A stretch of DNA of 63,829 nt from Myxococcota bacterium (GTDB lineage Bacteria > Myxococcota > XYA12-FULL-58-9 > JALHOP01). The notes under the pieces are model-generated. The model made no database searches. It saw only the letters and a program-made list of their open reading frames with translations, and was not told the DNA's origin. The stretch is taken from contig JBDHVB010000002.1 in assembly GCA_039809465.1 (NCBI GenBank), positions 1 through 63,829 of the forward strand, written 5' to 3'. Positions within the stretch are counted from its first letter, which is position 1, and the number at the start of each line of letters is the position of its first letter. Positions 53,743 through 63,140 of this stretch are shown piece after piece. Position numbers and translations under genes: made by a program.

Positions 53743-56549
53743 TCTCCGCTTTAGCGTTGATGGTGAGCGCGTGTGGCGGCAAGGTCGGCGGCGTCGACTT
53801 GGGGCCCGACATCGACACGCGCCCGCCGAGCTGTGAGCCGGACGACTTCAACAGCCTTAGCCAAACGCGCCCCGCGCAGCTCGGCATCATCGCCGAGGAC
53901 ACCATCTGCCCGCGCGCCGACCAGGACTTCTGGCAGCTCACTGGCATCGGTGGCGACAAGCAGCTGCTCTCCGTCGATCTCGTGTACGAGAAGCTCTCGA
54001 GCGTCGAGCTCCGCGCCGACGTCTGGGGCCCGCGCGGCCGCTGCATGCCGAACGCGCTCACCACCTGCGCCACGAACGACCAATGCGCGCCCACCTTCGA
54101 CTTTTGCGACACGGCGCGCGGTGGTTGCCGCATGGCCGCGTCGCCAGTGTGCTTCAAGGACTCGGACTGTTCGGCGGGCGAGAGCTGCTACGGCACGAAC
54201 ACCGCGGTCGAGCAGCTGGGCTCGGTGCGCATCCCCGCGACCAGCGTGCTCCAGCACCGTCTGACCGCGAACTACGCGGCGTTCGCGCAAGGCACCTACA
54301 CCGTCGTCGTCTACGACCACGCCGAGCGCGAGGAAGAGCCGACCACCAAGTACGCGTTGACGGTCACGACGCAGACGGACCCCGACACCAACGAGCCGAA
54401 CGACCTCGTGAATCTCGCGACGCCGCTCACGCACAATGTCGGCGTCGAAGGCGCGATGTCGTACGTCGATGACGTCGATTGGTACGTGATCCAACCGGTG
54501 TCGGGGACGAACCCCGCGGTCGTGCGCGTGAACCTCACCTACTCGGGCAACGCGGTCATCGCGCCGACCTGGACGGTGGTGCAGGGCAATTTCCAGTACA
54601 TCGGTCCGAACGCTAAAACGGAGAGCTCGGGTGGTACCGCGTTGCGTCGTCAGCAGGCGGCGATCGTTACACCGATGGCGGCGCCCGTTTACATCCGCGT
54701 GCAGAACGGCTCGAACGCCACCAACACGACTGACCGCTATAACCTCACGGTCGAGGTCACCGATGACCCAGAGGAAGGCGCGACGCGCAACGACGACATC
54801 GCGAACGCGACCACGCTGACCTCGACCACGGCCACCGCGGGCCCCAACGGTACGCAGGTCGTGAACTACACCGATCGCCACTTGGTCGCGCTCAACGACA
54901 CCGACTGGTATCGCATCCCGCGCTCCGGCCCCAGTGAGAACACGCTGCTGTATTTCCGCAGCACGGCAGCGGCGAACGCGCCCTACTCGCTCGTGCTGCA
55001 GATGTACCGTGCGACCGCGACGGCGTGCGCGGCCAACAATCCCTGCTCGCAAGGCCGCCCGTGCTCACCCGAGGGAGTGTGCTTGGACCTGATGGCGCAG
55101 CGTCCCGCGCCGGACGGTCCTGGCGATCCACAACAAGGCGGCCTGTCGCCCAACTATCTCGAGACGCAGCTGCCGATGTTCAGCGACGTCGCGTACGTGC
55201 GCATCGTCAACAACGCCGCGACGACGCTTCCCATCGCGGGCTACGACTTCGAGAAGTCGAGCCCATATACGTTGCTCATTCGCCACAAGCTCGAGCCGGA
55301 CGTCCTCGAGCGCACGGCTCCCGACAACCGCTTCCTGTCGCGTCCATTCGACGCGGAGGAGAGCGACTTCGCGCCGGTCTATCGCAACGTGACCGCGGGC
55401 TCGACCATCGTGCCAGGCGCGGACGGGCAGCCGATGGCGGTCGCGCGGCCGGGCTCGACTGTCGGCACGAGCGGATGCACGACGGTGAACCTCGACCTCT
55501 TCGATGGCCGCGGCGCGCCGCTCGCGGGTAGCCACTCGATCGGCGTGACCGCGGCGGGCGGCACCGTGCAGCGCAGCTGTTCGGACACGGCCGCATCGCC
55601 TTTCGCATCCACCGGCGCGACCACGGCGATCGGCGTCCTCTCCTCGGGCGGCCCGGTCACGTTGACCGCTACAGTGGACGGCACCGGCAGCGTGAGCTCG
55701 CAATTGCCGAACGGCAACGCCTTGCTCTTCCGCTCGTCGGTCCCGAATCAAGCAGCCGCGCGCGGTGTCGCCGAGGGATCGGCGTCGGATGTCGTCCGCA
55801 TCATCCTGCCGGCGACGTCGGGCACCGACACGCAGCTCGAGCTCCAGATGAGCGCCGGCACGGTGCTGTGCGCCAACACGGATCCGGCCAACGCGAACAA
55901 CTGTCTCTACGCCAACGGCAGTGGCTACTGCACACCCACCGCGCCAGGCTTGAGCAACTGCCGCGTCACCATCCCCGCTGGGCAGCTGGTCTACGACGTG
56001 CGCGCGATCTTCCCGACGGAGGGCCCCCCCCAAACCATGACGGTGACGAACATCGGCAATCAGATGTTCCAATGGGTCGTCTACGGCGCCGGCTCCATCG
56101 TCACCAACGACAACACGACCATTCAGGGCTATCTCTCGTATGACGGCGATCAGGACTTCTTCCAGATCGTTCCGGCGGGCGTCGGTCCCGGCGGCGTCAC
56201 CATCCGCCTCAGTTACCCCGCGAGCGAGATCGACATCCGCGCGCAAGCCACGCGTGGCGGCGCCGGCGCGGGTGTCGCCCGCCAGCAAGACGTCTGCGAA
56301 GACGGATGCGGCGCTGGTGCGTGCACCGCCTTGCGCAACACTTGTCACTGGAACACGACGACTCTCTCGGCGGGCCCCGAGGCCACGTCGCCCGAGTGCG
56401 TCTACACCTCCGCGAGCGGCGCGACGCCTATCCGCGTGTGGGTCAACGACACCAACTCGAACGACTGGGACGAGATCAACATGTACCACGTCGAGGTCGA
56501 GTACAACGAAGGCTGCCCGGGCGTATGTCCCGCGGCCGCGTGCCGCTAA
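53625..56549 (+). CDS. Lipoprotein with about four pre-peptidase C-terminal (PPC)-like domains and Cys-rich inserts
   Basis: Track ORF 53577..56549. Lipobox AVVSALALMVSAC near 53745-53783; the start is uncertain (see findings). PPC-type motifs DQDFWQL, EPNDLVNLATPL...DDVDWYVI, RNDDIANATTL...NDTDWYRI, YDGDQDFFQI. Confidence 0.8.
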   Translation: MPLRQLCERQRRGVRVLRSANVRVPARLQARGGLHSWAVVSALALMVSACGGKVGGVDLGPDIDTRPPSCEPDDFNSLSQTRPAQLGIIAEDTICPRADQDFWQLTGIGGDKQLLSVDLVYEKLSSVELRADVWGPRGRCMPNALTTCATNDQCAPTFDFCDTARGGCRMAASPVCFKDSDCSAGESCYGTNTAVEQLGSVRIPATSVLQHRLTANYAAFAQGTYTVVVYDHAEREEEPTTKYALTVTTQTDPDTNEPNDLVNLATPLTHNVGVEGAMSYVDDVDWYVIQPVSGTNPAVVRVNLTYSGNAVIAPTWTVVQGNFQYIGPNAKTESSGGTALRRQQAAIVTPMAAPVYIRVQNGSNATNTTDRYNLTVEVTDDPEEGATRNDDIANATTLTSTTATAGPNGTQVVNYTDRHLVALNDTDWYRIPRSGPSENTLLYFRSTAAANAPYSLVLQMYRATATACAANNPCSQGRPCSPEGVCLDLMAQRPAPDGPGDPQQGGLSPNYLETQLPMFSDVAYVRIVNNAATTLPIAGYDFEKSSPYTLLIRHKLEPDVLERTAPDNRFLSRPFDAEESDFAPVYRNVTAGSTIVPGADGQPMAVARPGSTVGTSGCTTVNLDLFDGRGAPLAGSHSIGVTAAGGTVQRSCSDTAASPFASTGATTAIGVLSSGGPVTLTATVDGTGSVSSQLPNGNALLFRSSVPNQAAARGVAEGSASDVVRIILPATSGTDTQLELQMSAGTVLCANTDPANANNCLYANGSGYCTPTAPGLSNCRVTIPAGQLVYDVRAIFPTEGPPQTMTVTNIGNQMFQWVVYGAGSIVTNDNTTIQGYLSYDGDQDFFQIVPAGVGPGGVTIRLSYPASEIDIRAQATRGGAGAGVARQQDVCEDGCGAGACTALRNTCHWNTTTLSAGPEATSPECVYTSASGATPIRVWVNDTNSNDWDEINMYHVEVEYNEGCPGVCPAAACR

Positions 56550-56555
56550 GCACCG

Positions 56556-59500
56556 TTGGCCGCCGTTCGCTTTAGCGTAGTAGCCGGTCTGGCGCTCCTC
56601 GGCGTGGGTTGCAATCCCACCCTCGAGGCGCCGCCGGGTGTGCGCATCAATTGCGAAGGGCACGGCACCTGCCCCGATGGCTTGGTCTGCGTGCACGACG
56701 TCAACGCCTGCGTGCGGCCGGGCACGACCTGCGTCGAGCAACGCGATGGCGGTTACTTTCCCGCGGCCGACGGCAATGTCTGCACCAGTGACGGCGAGCC
56801 TGGAGTCTGCCGAAGCGGCGCCTGCATCCGCTGCGGCAACGGCTTCGTCGAGGAAGGCGAGACCTGTGACGACGGTAACCTCGACCCGAGCGACGCGTGC
56901 CCCATCAACTGCCTGACCGCGCGCTGCGGTGATGGCTACGTTTTAGCGGGCGTCGAAGAGTGCGACGACGGCAACGACAGCAACGACGACGCGTGCCTCA
57001 CGACCTGCGCCGCGAGCTTCTGCGGTGATGGCTACGTCAACGCCGCCGCCGAGGAGTGCGACGATCAGAACACCAACGAGAATGACGGGTGCTCGTTCTG
57101 CACCGCGACGGTCTGGCAGCCGAGCATCGCCTTCGGGCTGGGCAGCGACGGCTCGGCGCCGGCGACCACCGCGCTCAGCAATCTCGGCCCGTTGGCGGCG
57201 ACGCGCGCGGGGCTGCTGTACGCGGGGTGGCAGCGCATGACCGGCGATCTCGCCGACATCAACCCAACGGAGCGGACGGTTGGCGGCGCGTATGTGGTGT
57301 CCGCGGCGGCGAACGTCGTGCTCCCGATCACGCGTCGCGACGGCGCGGTGCGCGGCGATCAGCTCCCCGAGACCGGCTTGGCGCGCTCCATCCAGCTCGG
57401 CCTCGTCACCTCGATGACGGCGGACGCGCGCGGCAACTTGTACCTGACCATGGTGAACTACGAGCGCCAGAACAACGACTACAATACGTTCGGCGCCTAC
57501 GTGCTCTTCATCGATCTCGAAGGGACCTTGAGCATCGTCGCTGGTGACGAGCAGCGTTGCGAGACCACGCTGGACGCCACCTCGTGCGGCAACAACGGCC
57601 GGGCGCGTGACGCGACCTTCGGCGACTTGAGCGGCCTGGCGTTCGATCGACGTGGCCGCCTGCACATCGCCGATGGCCCGAGCGTTCGCTTCATCGACGT
57701 CGATGGCCGTGTCTACCAGCGCGCCGGTATCTCGAGCGCCACCTGCGGCGGCAGCGGCTGTGGTGATGGTGGCTTTGCTACGAACGCGCGCTTCAAAGGC
57801 CCGCTGCAGATCACCTTCGACGCGGAGGACAATTTGTACATCTCCGACCAAGGAGACAGGCGCATCCGCCGCGTCGGCACCGACGAGCGCATCGCGACGG
57901 TCTACGGCACGGGTCAGGATTGCACCGATTGGCCAGGCTGCGATAGCGGCGCGCGCCTGAATCATCCCTCCGCGATCGCGGCTACTCCGCAGTACCTCTA
58001 CATCGCGGACGATCAGGCCGACTCGAGCAACAACCCGGGCGCGGTCATCAGACGCGCGACGCTCGGCGCTCCGAATACACGGATCGTCCATGGCATGGGC
58101 TCGGCGTGTGACGTACTCCCTTGCGGCGACGGTGGCGATCCGCTCCTCGCGTACAGCTCTTACATCGACGGTCTCGCGGTGCTCGGAGACGGCCGCTTGG
58201 CCTTCACCGATGTTCTCTCGCGGGCGGACGAGCCGAGCATCCGCGCGCCGAGCCGCGTGCGCGTCATCGACTTCGCGGCGAACCGAGTCGACAACCTCGC
58301 GGGCCGGGTCGGTCAAGAGCGTCCTCTCGTGGGCAACTTGCCGACGAGCCATGACGCGCACATTCCACTGTGGACCGAGGACGGCGGCATCGTGTTCGCC
58401 ACGAGCTCGCGGGTCTTCGCGATCAATCCCGAGACGAATCACGTCAGGCTCGTCGCTGGAGCGGACACTTGCAATTTCGCGGGCGGCAAGTGCCTCGCCG
58501 ATGAGAAGCCAGTGGACGAGTTCTCGTTCGCGACCATCGGCGACATCGACGCGGGCGATGGCACGGTGTACGTCGCCGACACCGATCGCGATCAAGTCTT
58601 CGCCGTCAGCGGCGGCATGGTGCGTCATGTCTTCGGCGAGAAGTGCGGTCCGACGGGACCGTGCGTCGCGGCGCCGGTCTCTGACCCCCGCGCCGCGCGC
58701 GTGAAGGAGCTCGGCGGCTTGAGCTACCGTTCGGGGCACCTGTTCGTCACCGATCGGGCAAATCACCTGGTCTGGGACGTGACGATTGGCGCTGGCGCCG
58801 CCCCCACGATCGGCAGCGGCGCCTACGACTCGAGCGGCAATGGCGGCGCGCCCGGGGACGCGAGCTTCCGCTGTCCTCTCGACGTCCTTGCGTCGGTGGA
58901 TGGAGGCGTCTACGTCTCCGATCCGGACAGCTGCGACATCCGTGTCGTCCGCGATAACGTCATCAGCCTCGCGGCGCAGGTCGGCCCGTGCGTGGGCGCC
59001 CCGGGGTCCTTACCGCCGTTCATGACGTGCGGCCGTTGGGACGCGGTGGACTTCGGGGGCATGACGCGCACGCCGCTGGCCCTCACCGAGGACAGCATCG
59101 GCGTGATCGCCGCCGGCACTTCATCGGTGAGCCGCGTCACGAACGGTAAAGCCTTGACGGTGATCGCTGGCGTGCTCCCGACTTTCGAGCCGACCGACCT
59201 CCTCGAGGGGTCTATCGCCACCGAGGTCGCGCTCGGTCAAGTGCGCGTCGCCGCGCGGCCGGGCCGACAGCTCCTGATCGGTTCGGACTTGGGCCTCACG
59301 CACGTCATCCGGCGTCTCGACGCCGACGACCGCCTGCGCATCGTGGCGGGCGACATCGATGGGTCGGTCACCGGCGGCTTCCCAGTCGCCGAGCTCTTCA
59401 GTCCCCGCGCCGCGGCGCGCTTGGATAGCGGCGCGGTCTTGCTGGCCGATAGCGGTCTCAATGCCGTCCGCCGCATCGACACCGCGCGGCGCGAGGTCGA

Positions 59501-60344
59501 GCCCGCCATCTTCGCGCTCTACGGGCCGCTGCTCGGGCAAAGCGCGCCCACTCCGGCGCGATTCACCACGTCGCCCTCCCTCATCGTGGACGCTATCGCG
59601 GTCGATGTGCCACGACGGACCATCTACCTCGCGGAGTCCGCGACCGGGCGGTTCGCCACGGTGAGCGCGTCCAACATCGACGACGTGTCGAGCTGGACCA
59701 CCGTCGCCAACGGCCCCGTCGGTGGTACGCGCGGTGACATCTCCACCGCGACCGCCTTGGCCGTCGAGCCAGCGAGCGGACGGGTCTTCGTCGCGGACGC
59801 GCAGCAGCACGCGATCTATCTGGTCGCGCCCGACTCGTTCGCGACGACGCTCGTCGCGGGCACACCTCCCTTCGTCGGCTATAGCGGTGACGGCCGCAAC
59901 GCCACCGACGCCCTGCTCGACTCCCCTCACGGCCTCGCCGTCGCGCCTAGCGGAGCTCTCTACTTCGCCGATACCGGGAACAACCGCGTCCGCCGCGTCG
60001 CGCCAAACGGGGTGATCGCCACCGTCATGGGCACTGGCGTCGGGACCTCGGAAGGCGGCGGCGGCCCGGCGGGGACCCTCCCCATCGAGGCGCCAACGAG
60101 CCTCGCGTTCGATCAGTACGGCAACTTGCTGATCAGCGCGGGCCCCGTCGTGCGTGTCGTGTACGCCGACAACGACAGTGAGCCAACGGCCACCTCGCTG
60201 GGTGGCACGCTCTACAACGCGCGCAACGTGCCGGCGCAGCGCGACGTCATCAAATGCCTCACCGCGGCCTTCAGCGGGCGTGATGGCGAGATCTACGTCG
60301 CGGACGCATGCTCGGGCGCGGTCGTCCTGCTCCAGCGCCAGTGA
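56556..60344 (+). CDS. Lipoprotein with three Myxococcus-type Cys-rich repeats followed by multiple NHL-type beta-propeller repeats
   Basis: 1262 aa, TTG start 6 nt after the upstream stop. Signal peptide MAAVRFSVVAGLALLGVGC. Cys-rich repeats CGNGFVEEGETCDDGNLDPSDAC, CGDGYVLAGVEECDDGNDSNDDAC, CGDGYVNAAAEECDDQNTNENDGC. NHL-like repeats FKGPLQITFDAEDNLYISDQGDRRIRRV, LDSPHGLAVAPSGALYFADTGNNRVRRV, IEAPTSLAFDQYGNLLIS. Confidence 0.88.
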   Translation: MAAVRFSVVAGLALLGVGCNPTLEAPPGVRINCEGHGTCPDGLVCVHDVNACVRPGTTCVEQRDGGYFPAADGNVCTSDGEPGVCRSGACIRCGNGFVEEGETCDDGNLDPSDACPINCLTARCGDGYVLAGVEECDDGNDSNDDACLTTCAASFCGDGYVNAAAEECDDQNTNENDGCSFCTATVWQPSIAFGLGSDGSAPATTALSNLGPLAATRAGLLYAGWQRMTGDLADINPTERTVGGAYVVSAAANVVLPITRRDGAVRGDQLPETGLARSIQLGLVTSMTADARGNLYLTMVNYERQNNDYNTFGAYVLFIDLEGTLSIVAGDEQRCETTLDATSCGNNGRARDATFGDLSGLAFDRRGRLHIADGPSVRFIDVDGRVYQRAGISSATCGGSGCGDGGFATNARFKGPLQITFDAEDNLYISDQGDRRIRRVGTDERIATVYGTGQDCTDWPGCDSGARLNHPSAIAATPQYLYIADDQADSSNNPGAVIRRATLGAPNTRIVHGMGSACDVLPCGDGGDPLLAYSSYIDGLAVLGDGRLAFTDVLSRADEPSIRAPSRVRVIDFAANRVDNLAGRVGQERPLVGNLPTSHDAHIPLWTEDGGIVFATSSRVFAINPETNHVRLVAGADTCNFAGGKCLADEKPVDEFSFATIGDIDAGDGTVYVADTDRDQVFAVSGGMVRHVFGEKCGPTGPCVAAPVSDPRAARVKELGGLSYRSGHLFVTDRANHLVWDVTIGAGAAPTIGSGAYDSSGNGGAPGDASFRCPLDVLASVDGGVYVSDPDSCDIRVVRDNVISLAAQVGPCVGAPGSLPPFMTCGRWDAVDFGGMTRTPLALTEDSIGVIAAGTSSVSRVTNGKALTVIAGVLPTFEPTDLLEGSIATEVALGQVRVAARPGRQLLIGSDLGLTHVIRRLDADDRLRIVAGDIDGSVTGGFPVAELFSPRAAARLDSGAVLLADSGLNAVRRIDTARREVEPAIFALYGPLLGQSAPTPARFTTSPSLIVDAIAVDVPRRTIYLAESATGRFATVSASNIDDVSSWTTVANGPVGGTRGDISTATALAVEPASGRVFVADAQQHAIYLVAPDSFATTLVAGTPPFVGYSGDGRNATDALLDSPHGLAVAPSGALYFADTGNNRVRRVAPNGVIATVMGTGVGTSEGGGGPAGTLPIEAPTSLAFDQYGNLLISAGPVVRVVYADNDSEPTATSLGGTLYNARNVPAQRDVIKCLTAAFSGRDGEIYVADACSGAVVLLQRQ

Positions 60345-60400
60345 CCTGCTCGGAGGCCGTTTGACACGCCCGTGCAAACCCTCTGGCGCATTGCGTCAAT

Positions 60401-61243
60401 TTGGATATCCTAGAGGGGATGAGTGAACGCACGGAGCTCGTCGAGCGCTTGGCCGCCGCGCGCCAGGAACATTGCTTCCCCGCCGACCTCCGTCCGCGCG
60501 CGCAGGCCTTCCTCCAGCAGACGCTAGCCCTCCTCTTCCCGCACTTCGCGGACACCAAGGGCTGCGCTCCCGACAGCTTGTCCAAGGAGCTCGATCTCAT
60601 CGCGTCCGCTTTGACGGGCCTGGTGAAGGATCTGGGTGGTGACGTGAAGGTGGTCGACATCTTCGTCGACGGGCTCTCGGGCGTGTGGCGCGCCGCGCGT
60701 GACGACGCCGATGCGCTCTTTCACGGTGACCCCGCGGCGACGAGCACCGACGAGGTCATCCTCGCTTACCCCGGCTTCTACGCGACGCTTTGCCACCGTC
60801 TTGCGCACGTGTTGTATCGGGCAAAGCTCACGGTGCTGCCGCGCCTCGTCGCCGAGCTGGCGCGCGAGCGGACAGGCGTCGACATCCACCCGGGCGCCAC
60901 CATCGGCCGCCGCTTCATGATCGATCACGGCAGCGGCGTGGTCGTCGGCGAGACCGCGGTGATCGGCAACGGCGTCAAGCTCTACCAAGGCGTGACCTTG
61001 GGCGCGCTCACTGTCGAGAAGCAGGCCGCCGGCAACAAGCGCCACCCCACCCTCGGTGATCACGTCGTGGTGTACGCCAACGCGACCATCCTCGGTGGCG
61101 ACACGCTGATCGGTCACGACAGCATCATCGCGGGCAACGCCTTCCTCACCAAGAGCGTCCCGCCCTTCTCGCTCGTCGACCGCCGCGGTGACACCAGGCC
61201 GCGACCGAACGCCAAAGAGGACAGCATCGATTTCAGCATCTAA
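60401..61243 (+). CDS. cysE: Serine O-acetyltransferase (long N-terminal type)
   Basis: 280 aa. Left-handed beta-helix hexapeptides: [41 protein letters not shown]...[16 protein letters not shown]. The start may be ATG 60419. Located immediately upstream of cysK. Confidence 0.88.
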   Translation: MDILEGMSERTELVERLAAARQEHCFPADLRPRAQAFLQQTLALLFPHFADTKGCAPDSLSKELDLIASALTGLVKDLGGDVKVVDIFVDGLSGVWRAARDDADALFHGDPAATSTDEVILAYPGFYATLCHRLAHVLYRAKLTVLPRLVAELARERTGVDIHPGATIGRRFMIDHGSGVVVGETAVIGNGVKLYQGVTLGALTVEKQAAGNKRHPTLGDHVVVYANATILGGDTLIGHDSIIAGNAFLTKSVPPFSLVDRRGDTRPRPNAKEDSIDFSI

Positions 61244-61257
61244 CCAAGGAGAGTTTC

Positions 61258-62175
61258 GTGAGAGCCAATGACATCCTCGGCACCATCGGCAAGACGCCGC
61301 ACGTGCGCATCAACCGCTTGTTCGCGCAGCGCCCCGACGTCGAGGTGTGGGCGAAGCTCGAGCGCGCCAACCCCGGCGGCAGCATCAAGGACCGCATCGC
61401 CCTGGCGATGATCGAGGACGCCGAGAAGCGCGGCGTGTTGAAGAAGGGGAGCGTCATCATCGAGCCGACCTCCGGCAACACGGGCATCGGCCTCGCGATG
61501 GTCGCCGCGGTGAAGGGCTATCGCTTGATCCTCGTGATGCCCGAGTCGATGAGCATCGAGCGGCGTCGCTTGATGGCCGCGTACGGCGCCGAGTTCGACC
61601 TCACTCCGAAAGCGCTCGGCATGAAAGGCGCGGTCGCGAGAGCCCAGGAGCTCGCCGCGCAAACACCAGGCGCGTGGATCCCTTCGCAGTTCGACAATCC
61701 CGCGAACGTCGAGATCCACCGCCGCACCACGGCCGCCGAGATCATCGAGGACTTCCCCGAGGGCCTGGATTTCTTGATCACCGGTGTCGGCACCGGCGGA
61801 CACATCAGCGGCGTCGGCGAAGTGCTCAAGGAGAAGTGGCCAGACATCAAGGTCATCGCGGTCGAGCCGGCGAAGTCACCGCTCATCAGCGGCGGCCAGC
61901 CCGCCCCACACACGATTCAGGGCATCGGCGCGAACTTCATCCCAACCAACTTGCACCGCGCCGTGCTCGACGGTGTCGTGCAGGTCACGGACGAGGACGC
62001 GTTCGCGTTCGCGAAGCGCGCGGCCAAGGAAGAGGCGATCTTCCTCGGCATCTCGTCAGGCGCGGTGCTCGCGGGCGTCGCGCAGAAGCTCGCCGAGCTC
62101 CCCAAGGGAGCGCGCGTGCTGACCTTCTGCTTCGACACCGGCGAGCGTTATCTGTCGGTCGACAATCTGTTTTAG
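61258..62175 (+). CDS. cysK: Cysteine synthase A (O-acetylserine sulfhydrylase)
   Basis: 305 aa, GTG start with an [24 protein letters not shown] (PLP Lys), [24 protein letters not shown]. Confidence 0.95.
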   Translation: MRANDILGTIGKTPHVRINRLFAQRPDVEVWAKLERANPGGSIKDRIALAMIEDAEKRGVLKKGSVIIEPTSGNTGIGLAMVAAVKGYRLILVMPESMSIERRRLMAAYGAEFDLTPKALGMKGAVARAQELAAQTPGAWIPSQFDNPANVEIHRRTTAAEIIEDFPEGLDFLITGVGTGGHISGVGEVLKEKWPDIKVIAVEPAKSPLISGGQPAPHTIQGIGANFIPTNLHRAVLDGVVQVTDEDAFAFAKRAAKEEAIFLGISSGAVLAGVAQKLAELPKGARVLTFCFDTGERYLSVDNLF

Positions 62176-62179
62176 CGGT

Positions 62180-63001
62180 CTAGTGTCGGCCGTTGAGCGG
62201 CACTTCCGCGTCGTCGCTGTTCGCGGCGTTGATGCGGAAGGTCGCGGTCTGACTGCCCGCGCCGTTGTAGTAAATGTCGAGCACGACCGGGTCGGCGACC
62301 GGCACGCTGAGCGCGCACTTGCCGGTGGTGTCGGTGGGCTGCTCGAGGTTGCAGAATAGACCAGTGTCACACTCGAGACCGTTCGCGGTGCAGTTGCCGC
62401 CAGGGACCGGCGTACCGTTCGCGAGGCTGAACGCCGCCGCGCCACCACCGGTGAACTCGTAACCGGTGACGATGAGCGAGTTGCGACCCACGTTGTAGTA
62501 ACGGAGCACGCCACGCCCTTCCGCGGCGCCTGCCGGGATGGTGATGCTCACCGACTTGTCCGCGACCTGCAGGTTCGGATCATCGCCGCTCCCCGACGGG
62601 CCAACGACGTCGACGATGAAGTCGGCAAAGTTCGCCGCGTTGCTGTTGATGGTGACGTTCGCCACGTAGCCACCGACCACGTTCGGGCGGAAGGTGATGG
62701 GAATCGAGGTCGCCGTACGCGGATTGATGGTGCTCTCGATGGGCGTCCCCAACGTGAACCGCGACGCATCCTGCCCCGCGATGCTCACGCTCGAGATGAC
62801 CAGCGGGTCACGCCCGAGGTTGACGATCGGGATCTGCGACACCGTCTGCGCTCCCGGCGCCGTCAACCGAATCGCGAGAAACCCCGGATTCACGAGCTGT
62901 GGCCCATCGGGCAACGGCACCGCCGTGGTCACTTCGTCGTCCCCACACCCCACGCCCACCACCACACAACAAAGCACACCCAGCTGCAGCCACGTCTTCA
63001 T
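62180..63001 (-). CDS. Lipoprotein with tandem HYDIN/ASH ('choice-of-anchor D')-like Ig-fold domains and a Cys-containing C-terminal domain
   Basis: Track ORF 62180..63031; ATG 63001 gives MKTWLQLGVLCCVVVGVGC. AIRLTAPGAQTVSQIPIVNLGRDPLVISSVSIAGQDASRFTLG and GRGVLRYYNVGRNSLIVTGYEFTGGGAAAFSL are typical of this domain type. Confidence 0.8.
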   Translation of the reverse strand: MKTWLQLGVLCCVVVGVGCGDDEVTTAVPLPDGPQLVNPGFLAIRLTAPGAQTVSQIPIVNLGRDPLVISSVSIAGQDASRFTLGTPIESTINPRTATSIPITFRPNVVGGYVANVTINSNAANFADFIVDVVGPSGSGDDPNLQVADKSVSITIPAGAAEGRGVLRYYNVGRNSLIVTGYEFTGGGAAAFSLANGTPVPGGNCTANGLECDTGLFCNLEQPTDTTGKCALSVPVADPVVLDIYYNGAGSQTATFRINAANSDDAEVPLNGRH

Positions 63002-63140
63002 GCTCACGTCTCCATTGATACTGCCGTACATGCCCTTATTAGCCCAAACCCGAGCGCGTTTCGAATTCCCTGATGTCAGCTAGCCTGGTCAATTGCGATC
63101 GATGATAAACTGGACTCCGCGACAACCCGGAGCCCCTCGC

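Noticed and set aside
47066-60377. Large minus-strand ORFs across the adhesin operon (47066..48328, 48503..49132, 49604..50611, 50602..51399, 52084..53313, 53751..55052, 55065..56741, 56943..58766, 59121..60377) and the alternate-frame + ORF 52412..53647
   Set aside because: All are Arg/Ala/Val/Asp-rich shadows of the + strand genes, whose translations carry clear signal peptides and repeated domain motifs. None has an independent start context.
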